From NCBI GenBank assembly GCA_965230295.1, contig OZ246001.1:1120001-1184000 (forward strand): a stretch of DNA of 64,000 nt, in the 5' to 3' direction. How positions within the stretch are numbered: the first letter of the stretch is position 1; the number at the start of each line of letters is the position of its first letter. Origin of the DNA: Marinicella sp. Lineage in GTDB: Bacteria; Pseudomonadota; Gammaproteobacteria; Xanthomonadales; Marinicellaceae. Made by a program: the position numbers and the translations under genes. Shown one piece after another: positions 49,107 through 58,144 of this stretch. The notes below the pieces were generated by a model that was not told the origin of the DNA, made no database searches, and was given only the letters and a program-made list of their open reading frames with translations.

Positions 49107-50134
49107 AGTTTTACCTCCCACTGGGCAGTGAACACATCTTCTGCCTTGACCTGCATGTTTGCTTTGTCACCATAAGTCAAAGCCAATCGTTGACGGATGC
49201 TGTCCAAACCTGTTTGTGATCCAGACTGAACGCGTTCCTCACGATAAGGATTGGTGACGGTTACTCGAAAACCTGGCTTGGTTTTTTCCACCTTCAAGTG
49301 AATCAATCCACCTTGTGTTAAATGCTGAATGCCATGAATCACAGCATTTTCAACCAGCGGTTGGATCGATAATAAGGGAACCTTTTGTTCAATCAAACCC
49401 TCTTCAACTTCAATTTCATAATCCAAACGATCCATCAACCGCAATTGTTCGATCGCCAAGTACTCACGGATCCACTCTAACTCCTTCTCAAGTGTGGTCA
49501 TGCTCTGATCTGGATTTGAGAAGGCTTTTCTGAACAGCCCGGATAAGTTCAGCACGGCTTTCTCAGCAGCGTGGTGATCAATGGGAATCAATGAAGCAAT
49601 TGAGTTCAGTGAATTGTATAAAAAGTGCGGCTTGATTCTGGCTTGCAGTGCATTCATCTGTGCTTTGGCCAAGGCTTCAACCTGACCTGACCATTGATCC
49701 TGCACATAAAAATAACGCAACAAGGCCAGCAAGGTCATACCGGTGGCCACGCTGATTTTTAAAGTTGTCAGTTTGTTGTTATCAATCAGATCAAATTGCA
49801 ATGCCTGATCAATCCAGCTCAACAACATAGTATAAGTTGCTGCCAGTAACAAGGTCATCAGTAACAATAAAATGACGCCTGGAAGCACTTTGAGCCGATT
49901 AAAAAACTGCCCCAATGCGGTTAACAGGATAATGACACTGATGGCGATCAACTGGGCCAACAAACTCAAAACAGCCAACCTATTGAGGTAATCAAACTCA
50001 AAGGTGAGGAAACTCAAAGAGTAAACAAGCACCATCATTTCAGCCACCACGATGATGGTAAAAATACGCATCGGATCGGAAAAGTCAGCCAGCCAGGGTC
50101 TGAAATTATGGTTATTTTGTGGATTCATGTGCAA
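49103..50134 (-). CDS. algZ: LytS-type sensor histidine kinase (AlgZ/FimS-like)
   Basis: TM helices; ALQARIKPHFLYNSLN, YLAIEQLRL, QPLVENAVIHG. Confidence 0.85.
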   Translation of the reverse strand: MHMNPQNNHNFRPWLADFSDPMRIFTIIVVAEMMVLVYSLSFLTFEFDYLNRLAVLSLLAQLIAISVIILLTALGQFFNRLKVLPGVILLLLMTLLLAATYTMLLSWIDQALQFDLIDNNKLTTLKISVATGMTLLALLRYFYVQDQWSGQVEALAKAQMNALQARIKPHFLYNSLNSIASLIPIDHHAAEKAVLNLSGLFRKAFSNPDQSMTTLEKELEWIREYLAIEQLRLMDRLDYEIEVEEGLIEQKVPLLSIQPLVENAVIHGIQHLTQGGLIHLKVEKTKPGFRVTVTNPYREERVQSGSQTGLDSIRQRLALTYGDKANMQVKAEDVFTAQWEVKL

Positions 50135-50236
50135 ATAATGCCTTGTTATTGGTTAATTATTCATCGTTTTAGTTGATTTATTGACCATTTTATAGAAAAA
50201 TCCTAAAAGTTCAGTACCCTATTTTATTAATTAATC

Positions 50237-50578
50237 ATGAAAGTTGGAATTTTCACAATCCTTTTGCTGTTATTAGGCGGCTTTGCCCAAGCTGGCGATG
50301 TTTCGTGCCAAGTTGATTTACTGAAGCCAAAAATCAATGCGGTTGTGATTGAAGAAGAAATCAACAAACCAGCGACCATGACCGTTGCCGAAGCCAGACT
50401 CAGGCTTCAAAACAGCCGAAATACCGAACAACCTGATGAGCAGCAAGAAGAAGGCGGTGAAGAAAATGACGAACCTGTTCAAACTGAAGACACTGAAGTG
50501 ACCGCAAAAAAAGAATCTCGCATGGGCGGCATTTTTGACATCCTGCTACCATCAAAACTCAGGAATCCTGTTAAGTAA
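50237..50578 (+). CDS. Exported hypothetical protein with acidic linker
   Basis: Signal peptide (AQA); EQQEEGGEENDE stretch; first gene of a co-directional run. Confidence 0.65.
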   Translation: MKVGIFTILLLLLGGFAQAGDVSCQVDLLKPKINAVVIEEEINKPATMTVAEARLRLQNSRNTEQPDEQQEEGGEENDEPVQTEDTEVTAKKESRMGGIFDILLPSKLRNPVK

Positions 50579-50590
50579 ATCTGACTTTAC

Positions 50591-51088
50591 TTGAACAACA
50601 TACCAATTACACCCAAATTTTTGGACTCCATTCACATGTCGCAGCTGCAACAATTCCAGGCATTTTTATATGCAAATATTCCCTTGGTCAGCCACATGCA
50701 AATGCAATTGCTTGATTTGGACAGTGACAGAATCCTGGCATCAGCACCCCTGTCACCCAACATCAATGACAAAGCCACTGTTTTTGGTGGCAGCAGCGCA
50801 GCCCTGATGACCATTTGTGGTTGGTCGTTGATCAAGATGAACCTGGAAGGCGTCCAGGTATCCAATGATGTGGTCATACACCATTCGAAATTGAATTGGC
50901 ACCAGGCACAAAGAGATGACATGAAAATCAAGGCCAGCCTCAGCGAGCCACTGGACTGGCTGGAAATCGCTGAAAACATTCAAAGTAAAAACCGTGCCAC
51001 CAAAATCAAGGTACACAGCCAGATCATGAATCAAGCCGGAGAACGATGCAGTGACATGCATGCCAGTTACGTCATCTTGAAACAATAA
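50591..51088 (+). CDS. YiiD C-terminal-like thioesterase (hotdog fold)
   Basis: IPL...M, APLSPNINDKATVFGGS..GW; start may be ATG 50636. Confidence 0.8.
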   Translation: MNNIPITPKFLDSIHMSQLQQFQAFLYANIPLVSHMQMQLLDLDSDRILASAPLSPNINDKATVFGGSSAALMTICGWSLIKMNLEGVQVSNDVVIHHSKLNWHQAQRDDMKIKASLSEPLDWLEIAENIQSKNRATKIKVHSQIMNQAGERCSDMHASYVILKQ

Positions 51089-51184
51089 CAGCTAAAAGAC
51101 CATAGCTTGATTATTTTAATTTTTTTTTAATGCCCGATATGTCATACTCTTAGTACCATTGTTTTCGTCAAATAGGATAGCAGC

Positions 51185-51592
51185 ATGAAAAAAATCACCA
51201 TCATCATTTTAGTCTGTGTCTTGTTGTCAGCTTGTGGCGGCAAGATGAGTAAAAAACAATCACTAGACCACACCTTATACCAATATGCCAAAGTGATGAG
51301 ATGGGCAGATTTTAATACGGCGATGACCTTCTTCAGCCCTGATATGGAAACAGCGAACAAACCTTCTAACACCGACATTGAACGGTTGAAACAATTTGGA
51401 GTCAGTTCCTATGTGGCCTCCCCCATCCTACCTGGCGATCATGAGAACCGCATCAATCAGGACGTACAGATTAAACTTTACAATGTACACACCAAAAGGG
51501 AAAAAGTGGTGATCGATCGACAAACCTGGGAATATGACGATGAAACCAAGCGTTGGTTGTTACTCAGCGGCTTACCCAAAATAGTCAACTGA
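51185..51592 (+). CDS. Lipoprotein, hypothetical
   Basis: Lipobox LLSAC; Y...MRW.DF..A and W.YD....W.L.SGLP patterns. Confidence 0.75.
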   Translation: MKKITIIILVCVLLSACGGKMSKKQSLDHTLYQYAKVMRWADFNTAMTFFSPDMETANKPSNTDIERLKQFGVSSYVASPILPGDHENRINQDVQIKLYNVHTKREKVVIDRQTWEYDDETKRWLLLSGLPKIVN

Positions 51593-51613
51593 CTCTCTGA
51601 GTCAACCACTCAC

Positions 51614-51970
51614 ATGCCAGACAAAATACTCATCAGGCAATTGCATGTGGATGCCATCATTGGCATCCATGATTGGGAAAAGGCTCAAAAGCAGCCGTTG
51701 TTTATTGACCTGGACTTGAAATATGATTGCTTGCTGGCATCAAAAACCGATGACATCAAAGACGCACTGGATTATTTCAAAGTCTGCGCAGAAGTCACTG
51801 AGTTTATCAGCAACAGTCGCTTTGAACTGATCGAAACTTTGGCCGAACAAATCACCCAATTGCTGTTTCAGAAGTTTCCGGTTAAAAAGGTGAAACTGAA
51901 TTTGTACAAACCCAATGCCGTGGAAAATGCCCAGACTGTAGGTCTGAGCATCACCAGAAAGCACCCTTAA
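51614..51970 (+). CDS. folB: Dihydroneopterin aldolase
   Basis: IGIHDWEK..Q, DDIKDALDY, LIETLAE, KPNAV..VG..I.R. Confidence 0.95.
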   Translation: MPDKILIRQLHVDAIIGIHDWEKAQKQPLFIDLDLKYDCLLASKTDDIKDALDYFKVCAEVTEFISNSRFELIETLAEQITQLLFQKFPVKKVKLNLYKPNAVENAQTVGLSITRKHP

Positions 51971-51982
51971 AGCCGTTTAATC

Positions 51983-52147
51983 AAGGAATGTTCTTGGGGC
52001 TTCATTCACTTCGTCAAACCACCATGATTCCATTCACGCGCTACAGCATTCTAGGTAGGCTTCTTCATCTTCGATAAAACCGCCAACCTTTCATCACCTG
52101 CGCTGCCTAATCGGCTCGGCGGGTCAAGCTGCTCAGCAGCTTTCCTT
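51983..52147 (-). repeat. Structured dispersed intergenic element, copy B
   Basis: Shares blocks with 19339-19470; bounded by short inverted ends AAGGAA...TTCCTT; contains the palindrome AAGCTGCTCAGCAGCTT. Confidence 0.7.
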
Positions 52148-53754
52148 TAAGGGTTGTAGTATGTGGCTGCACCCGGTCCAACAGGGAATCCAAGGACAAA
52201 CACCCACAGGTAGAACAACAAGGTCCAACCGACAAAGAAAATCATACTGTAGGGCAACATCGTGGCAATCAAGGTTCCTATGCCCAAGTTCCTTTTATAT
52301 TGTGTGGCCACCGCCAGAATCAAACCAAAATAACTCATCATCGGCGTGATGACATTGGTCACAGAATCACCAATGCGGTAAGCGGCCTGAATGGTTTCTG
52401 GTGCATAACCAATCAGCATCAACATCGGTACAAAAATCGGTGCAGTCACCGCCCACTGAGCTGAGGCACTGCCCAGGGACAAGTTCACCATGCCACAAAC
52501 CATGATGAAGAACACAAATATCATCGGACCATCCAAACCCATCATTTGAAGCATGGCTGCGCCTTTAACCGCCATCACAGTACCCAGATTGGTCCATTTG
52601 AAGAAGGCGACAAACTGAGAAGCAAAAAACACCAGCACAATATACATGCCCATACTGCTCATGCCTTTACTCATGGCATCAATCACATCGCGATCGTTTT
52701 TCATGGTGCCAGCCACCTTGCCATACACAAAACCCGGGATGGCAAAGGTGATAAAAATATAGACCACGATACCTTTGAGGAATGGTGAGTTCTTCACTGC
52801 ACCGGTTTCAGGATGGCGCAGTACACCCCATTCTGGCACCACAGTCAAAGCCAAAATCCCACAAATAATTAGGAACGTCAGGCCGGCCATACGCAAACCT
52901 TTCTTTTCAGCGGCAGTGACTTCATCAACCGACTGTTTGCCCAGTTCGATACTGGCCTCATCACTGTTGTAGGGACCCAGTCTGGGTTCAACGATCTTCT
53001 CGGTCACAAAAGCACCCATGATCACAATCAGAAATGTACTGACCATCATGAAATACCAATTAACCTCAGCACCCACCAGATAACTGGGATCCAGCATTTG
53101 TGCCGCTTCTTGGGTGATGCCCGACAACAACGGGTCAACTGTGCCAATCAATAAATTGGCACTGTAACCGGCAGACACACCCGCAAAGGCCGCAGCCAAA
53201 CCTGCCAATGGATGCCGACCCAAAGAGTGAAATATCAACGCAGCCATTGGGATCAGTACCACATAACCGAGTTCCGATGCAGTGTTTGATACCACACCAG
53301 CAAACACAATCATGACTGTCACCATGCGTTTCGATGCACCGATGACCAGCGAACGCATCAAGGCTGATAACATGCCAGAATGTTCTGCAACAGAAACACC
53401 GAGCAGCGCCACCAGCACTGTGCCCAACGGTGTGAAACCAGTGAAATTGGTAACCAGGTTTTGTACGATCCACCGCAAACCCTCGGCCGACATCAACGAA
53501 TTGACCTCAATCAGGCCATCAAGCTCACGCTTGGATGAACCTTCCGGACGTGGGTCCGGCACACTCATGCCCAACCATTCAGCAAAGCCACTGAATAACA
53601 CAATGAACAAACAAAACAAAGCAAACAATGTGATGGGATGCGGCAATAAATTGCCTAACCACTCTACGGTGGCAAGGAACTTGGCAAACCAGCCACTGGG
53701 TTGTTCTGATGATTGATTGGGGTTTTGCTTGGGAGGTTGGGCAGCTGTGGTCAA
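52147..53754 (-). CDS. abgT: AbgT family transporter
   Basis: VEWLGNLLPHP, NFTGFTPLG, GRHPLAGLAAAFAGVS.G.SAN, AYRIGDS.TN.ITP; TTG start with AGGAG RBS. Confidence 0.92.
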   Translation of the reverse strand: MTTAAQPPKQNPNQSSEQPSGWFAKFLATVEWLGNLLPHPITLFALFCLFIVLFSGFAEWLGMSVPDPRPEGSSKRELDGLIEVNSLMSAEGLRWIVQNLVTNFTGFTPLGTVLVALLGVSVAEHSGMLSALMRSLVIGASKRMVTVMIVFAGVVSNTASELGYVVLIPMAALIFHSLGRHPLAGLAAAFAGVSAGYSANLLIGTVDPLLSGITQEAAQMLDPSYLVGAEVNWYFMMVSTFLIVIMGAFVTEKIVEPRLGPYNSDEASIELGKQSVDEVTAAEKKGLRMAGLTFLIICGILALTVVPEWGVLRHPETGAVKNSPFLKGIVVYIFITFAIPGFVYGKVAGTMKNDRDVIDAMSKGMSSMGMYIVLVFFASQFVAFFKWTNLGTVMAVKGAAMLQMMGLDGPMIFVFFIMVCGMVNLSLGSASAQWAVTAPIFVPMLMLIGYAPETIQAAYRIGDSVTNVITPMMSYFGLILAVATQYKRNLGIGTLIATMLPYSMIFFVGWTLLFYLWVFVLGFPVGPGAATYYNP

Positions 53755-53972
53755 AATATTCTCCTATTAAGGATCACAAAAAACCCAACATTTTCACTCA
53801 AATGCGAACCATTTACAACTCACCACGGGATGTTCTTGGCTTTATGCGACCAAAATTAAAAAAATGAAATCAATTTGAACATATTTATATGTATAGAGTC
53901 TGAATCAAAAACCAGCATCGAAATAGAAATCATAAGTCGATGCCAATTAGCTGAAACAAAAAGAGAGGTCAC

Positions 53973-54743
53973 ATGATAAACAACAAAAAACTATGGCTCA
54001 GTACCATTTTGGTTTTGGGCACCACCCAGTCCATTGCCGCACAAAGCGACAACATTCAGAACAAAGCTGAACTGGAAAAATATGGGGCTGCCATCCAACA
54101 ATTGTCCAACCAAAAAATCAGTGTAAAAAGCGTTTCTGACAGTCCATTTAAAGACATCAAAGAGGTGGTGATCACGACGGGTTCACAACAACAGATTGTT
54201 TACTTGAGTGAAGATGGCCAATTCTTGTTTGAAGGCAACTTAATGGACATCAAAAACAAACAGAACCTGACTGAATTGACACGTTCCAGTTTGCGTCAAG
54301 AATTGATGAGCGAATTCAAAAAAAACCACACAAGCATTGATTTTTTGCCTGAACAAATGACTGATCAAATCACAGTTTTTACTGACATTGATTGTGGCGT
54401 ATGCAGAAAATTCCATGAAAATGTCAGCGCCTTCAATGACGCTGGAATCGGCGTGTCTTATTTGTTTTTCCCCAGAGCAGGCATTGGCTCAGCTTCACAC
54501 CAGAAAGCCGTTAATGTGTGGTGTGCAGATGACCAACAACAAGCCATAAGCCTGGCCAAAAGCGGCGTTGAGTTAAAACCGCTGATGTGCCCGAACCCTA
54601 TTGAAACCCAATACAAATTGGCACTGAGCGCGGGTGTCAATGGCACACCTTATATCGTGCTGGATGACGGCACATTGATCCGCGGATACCAAACCCCCAA
54701 TCAATTGAAACAGCGCCTTGAGCAGAACAAAAACAAACAATGA
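53973..54743 (+). CDS. dsbC: DsbC family thiol:disulfide isomerase
   Basis: Signal peptide; dimerization domain; VFTDIDCGVCRK.H, FPRAG, VWCA, GVNGTP. Confidence 0.9.
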   Translation: MINNKKLWLSTILVLGTTQSIAAQSDNIQNKAELEKYGAAIQQLSNQKISVKSVSDSPFKDIKEVVITTGSQQQIVYLSEDGQFLFEGNLMDIKNKQNLTELTRSSLRQELMSEFKKNHTSIDFLPEQMTDQITVFTDIDCGVCRKFHENVSAFNDAGIGVSYLFFPRAGIGSASHQKAVNVWCADDQQQAISLAKSGVELKPLMCPNPIETQYKLALSAGVNGTPYIVLDDGTLIRGYQTPNQLKQRLEQNKNKQ

Positions 54744-54963
54744 CATACCTGAGGCGTTTGTGAGGCAATAGACAAACTGCCATGAAAATACAGCGACTTT
54801 GATTAACGCATTTCCCGGTCGCTGTGTTTGGCATTTTGCACCCATGATCTCATCTGAGGCGATGCTGTTTCAGCATGGCATGTCCAAATAAAAACCACAA
54901 TTTTGCAGATTTTCATTACAGATTCGGCTACTATACGGCCCTTTAGATTTTTGACGATACAAT

Positions 54964-55149
54964 ATGTCAGCGGCCAACATGCAAGTAACAGAAGACCCCA
55001 ACATCAAATTTTTACAACAAACCATTGATGACATGGAGCATGAATTGTCTGAAGCCTCATTTGGTGGTGACCGCAGAAAAATCCCTACCCTGATGAAACA
55101 ACTCAAAGAAGCCCGCAAGATTTTGGCCAAGATGACTGGGGAGTATTGA
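54964..55149 (+). CDS. Small hypothetical helical-hairpin protein (61 aa)
   Basis: Amphipathic helix pattern; fills the gap and ends 7 bp from the convergent gene's stop. Confidence 0.55.
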   Translation: MSAANMQVTEDPNIKFLQQTIDDMEHELSEASFGGDRRKIPTLMKQLKEARKILAKMTGEY

Positions 55150-55156
55150 TTAATTT

Positions 55157-56383
55157 TTATTTGACCCCGATCTCAATGACATAGGCAGCACCCGACTCTT
55201 TTCCTTGCTCGTCATGACGGACAGCCCCGACCAGCATCGTGTGTTTATCCATCGCGACACTCCAACCAAACACATCTCCTGTCGCTCCGTCTGCTGCGGT
55301 TAATTTAGCCTGTTCATCCCAGGTTTCACCTTCATGAGTGTAAACATAGACAGCACCAGAATTTGGACCCATGTCATCCTGATGCATGGCACTGATCACT
55401 GCTTTGTCACCCCAAATAGCCACTCCACGACCAAACCGGTCATCTGTCGCACCATCCTTGGCAGTCAGCTTTGCTTGTTGTTTCCATTGAGTACCAAGAC
55501 GAGTAAAAATGTAAGCAGAGCCTGAATCCACTCCCATGCTGTCATCATCATCACGGCGAGCGGATATCAATGCCCAATCACCTGATAAAGCAACCCTTAC
55601 ACCAAAGATATCTGTTTCAGCCCCATCATCTGCCATGAGCTTGGCTTGCAGCTGCCATGCATTTCCATCACGGACAAAGACATAAGCAGCCCCTGCATCA
55701 GTCGCTTTTTCATCATGCAAATCTGCGCCAATCAAAAGGGTATCATCATCAAGTGCCACACTGATACCAAACACGTCACCTTGGGCACCATCCGGTGCCA
55801 CCAGTTTACTTTGCTGAACCCAAGAATGATCCGTCCGTTTAAAAATATATACGGCACCCGAGCTTGTTCCATGATCATCATCGTGAGGAGCCCCAATGGC
55901 TATGGTGTCGCCTGAAATTGCAATGCTTTGTCCAAAAGCGTCACCTGCACTGCCATCTTCAGCCATTAATTTGGCTTGTTCGTCCCACTTTAAACCTGAA
56001 CGCTTGAACACATAGACTGCGCCAGAATCCTCACCTTTTGCATCATGACCGATGGCTCCAATAACAGCCCTGTTTCCATGTATAGCTACTTTTCCACCAA
56101 AAGTATCGTCGGCCACACCATCACTGGCCATGAGTTTGGCTTGCTGGGCCCAACCTTGATTGGTGTGAGTAAAAACATAGGCTGAGCCCACATCTTTTCC
56201 AGCCTGGTGATCTGATTTAAATGAACCCACCAGAGCCGTGCCTTCATATAAAGCCACATCAAAACCGAAATAATCGCCTGCAGCACCACCTTCGGGTAAC
56301 AACTTACTTTGAACATATTGGGATTCAGCATAGCCGTTTACTATGGATACGATCACCAAGAAAGCTGCAAATAGTCGTTTCAT
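55157..56383 (-). CDS. Secreted FG-GAP repeat (integrin-alpha-like) beta-propeller protein
   Basis: Signal peptide; seven repeats of KL.A.DG...D.FG..VA..GD...IGA..D...SGA.YVF. Confidence 0.9.
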   Translation of the reverse strand: MKRLFAAFLVIVSIVNGYAESQYVQSKLLPEGGAAGDYFGFDVALYEGTALVGSFKSDHQAGKDVGSAYVFTHTNQGWAQQAKLMASDGVADDTFGGKVAIHGNRAVIGAIGHDAKGEDSGAVYVFKRSGLKWDEQAKLMAEDGSAGDAFGQSIAISGDTIAIGAPHDDDHGTSSGAVYIFKRTDHSWVQQSKLVAPDGAQGDVFGISVALDDDTLLIGADLHDEKATDAGAAYVFVRDGNAWQLQAKLMADDGAETDIFGVRVALSGDWALISARRDDDDSMGVDSGSAYIFTRLGTQWKQQAKLTAKDGATDDRFGRGVAIWGDKAVISAMHQDDMGPNSGAVYVYTHEGETWDEQAKLTAADGATGDVFGWSVAMDKHTMLVGAVRHDEQGKESGAAYVIEIGVK

Positions 56384-56614
56384 GAATTTCAAATTTTGGC
56401 TGTATTGATAAACTTACCTTATAAAACAACAGCAATATCTGGTCAAGCACAGTCAGATAGAATGGCCATTGATCACGACGAACAGAAAGCCAGCTTCTGA
56501 AATAAGTGCCTCTGGATTAGAAGTTAGTCATCAGCCAGGTTTCATGGTTGGCCCATGGTTGGACATTGTCTGAAATCAACGCTCCAAATGTTAATACCCA
56601 ACTTAATAAACTTT

Positions 56615-56732
56615 TGGGTGGTCGACTTCAGTCGACCCTTTTTCACACATCATTTTTAAAGGCTGCACATCAATCACATCGTTGACACAATAACTACAAT
56701 TCATACATACGTTGGCTGAAGTCAATGACCCA
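56615..56732. repeat. Inverted pair of REP-like palindromes (family 2, GACTTCAGTC core)
   Basis: TGGGTGGTCGACTTCAGTCGAC (56615-56636) and an inverted degenerate copy (56711-56732), 17/22 identical. Confidence 0.6.
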
Positions 56733-56760
56733 ATGCATTTTGATCTTTAAGCACGTCACG

Positions 56761-56794
56761 AAGACACTGGATACCGGCCTGCGCCGGTATGACG
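56761..56794 (-). repeat. REP-like palindrome, family 1 copy 2
   Basis: Minus strand CGTCATACCGGCGCAGGCCGGTATCCAGTGTCTT. Confidence 0.8.
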
Positions 56795-56857
56795 GATATT
56801 GATTGATAGGCAATGCATCATGTTAATTTTCTTCATTCCTTTTGGCGATCCTATGCA

Positions 56858-58132
56858 TCACAACAACATCGAAAACAGTTCAGGTTGGTTGTTGAGGTAG
56901 TCATTGTAAAAGCCTCCGGATTTCATGCGGTTGAGTAAAGGATCGAAATCTTCGTTGCGTTTCAATTCGATGCCCACCACGGCCGGGCCGTGTTCGCGAT
57001 TGTGTTTCTTTTGGTATTGAAAATAAGTGATGTCATCGGCCGGACCCAGTACATCAGCAACAAACTCCTTAAGCGCGCCTGCCCGTTGTGGAAAGCACAC
57101 CAAGAAATAATGTTTTAGACCATTGAACAGCAATGCCCGCTCTCTGATTTCTTCGATCCGGGTGATGTCGTTGTTGCTGCCACTGAGTACACAAACCACC
57201 CGTTTGCCTCGAATTTTTTCTTGATAACTGTGCAAACCGGCCAATGACAGGGCACCAGCTGGTTCCACCACAATGGCGTCTTTGTTGTACAGATTCAGAA
57301 TGGTTTGACAGATCAAGCCATCAGGCACACTGATCACATCATCCAGCAAATCACGACAAATCTCAAAGGTGTGCTGACCCACTTGTTGTACCGCAGCGCC
57401 ATCAACAAAACGATCGATGTGGGTTAACTTGGTGTTATGGCCCACTTTCATGGCCGCAGCCATGGATGCTGCACCCGCTGGTTCAACGCCAATAACACGG
57501 GTGTCGGGAGACTGCTGTTTGAACACTGTCAACAAACCTGAGGCCAATCCACCACCACCAATCGGTACAAACACATAGTCAATAGGCGCCTCCGATTGTT
57601 CAATGATTTCACTGCCTATGGTGGCTTGACCGGCAATGATTTCAGGGTCATCAAAAGGGTGAATGAATGGGTAGTTTTGTTGCTCACTGAATGCATAAGC
57701 CTGTTGTTGGGCTTCATCAAATGTATCACCCACCAGTACCAAGTCAACCTGTTGCCCACCAAACATCTTGACTTGTTCAATTTTCTGCTGTGGTGTGGTC
57801 ACCGGCATATAAACCGCTGCTTTAACCCCCAGCTGGCGACAGGTGTAAGCCACCCCTTGGGCATGGTTTCCCGCACTGGCACAAACCACATGATTCAAAC
57901 CGGGGCGCTGTTCCAACAAAGCTGCTATCTTGTTGTAAGCACCCCGGATTTTATAGGACCTGACGGCCTGCAAGTCTTCGCGTTTCAACAGCACTTCAGC
58001 ACCCATAGACTGACTGTAAGTGAGGTTGGGCAGCAAGGGGGTTTGATTCACCACACCTTGGAGGCGATGTAAGGCCGCTGCCACATCTACTGGTGGTAAG
58101 TCTTCAAAGTTTTTTGCAGCAGCAGTCATCAT
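56858..58132 (-). CDS. ilvA: Threonine dehydratase, short form with one regulatory domain
   Basis: KREDLQAVRSYKIRGA, CASAGNHAQG, PIGGGGL, FPQRAGAL. Confidence 0.95.
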   Translation of the reverse strand: MMTAAAKNFEDLPPVDVAAALHRLQGVVNQTPLLPNLTYSQSMGAEVLLKREDLQAVRSYKIRGAYNKIAALLEQRPGLNHVVCASAGNHAQGVAYTCRQLGVKAAVYMPVTTPQQKIEQVKMFGGQQVDLVLVGDTFDEAQQQAYAFSEQQNYPFIHPFDDPEIIAGQATIGSEIIEQSEAPIDYVFVPIGGGGLASGLLTVFKQQSPDTRVIGVEPAGAASMAAAMKVGHNTKLTHIDRFVDGAAVQQVGQHTFEICRDLLDDVISVPDGLICQTILNLYNKDAIVVEPAGALSLAGLHSYQEKIRGKRVVCVLSGSNNDITRIEEIRERALLFNGLKHYFLVCFPQRAGALKEFVADVLGPADDITYFQYQKKHNREHGPAVVGIELKRNEDFDPLLNRMKSGGFYNDYLNNQPELFSMLL

Positions 58133-58144
58133 CTATCCTAAAAT

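Noticed and set aside
46786-50134. algZ-algR-hemC-hemD as an unusual cluster
   Set aside because: Well-known conserved synteny in gammaproteobacteria
51614-53754. folB-abgT as a folate salvage operon
   Set aside because: The genes are convergent and separated by a repeat element; no abgAB genes are present
53826-53850. Fourth copy of the dispersed element end (GGATGTTCTTGGC)
   Set aside because: The match is too short to distinguish from chance
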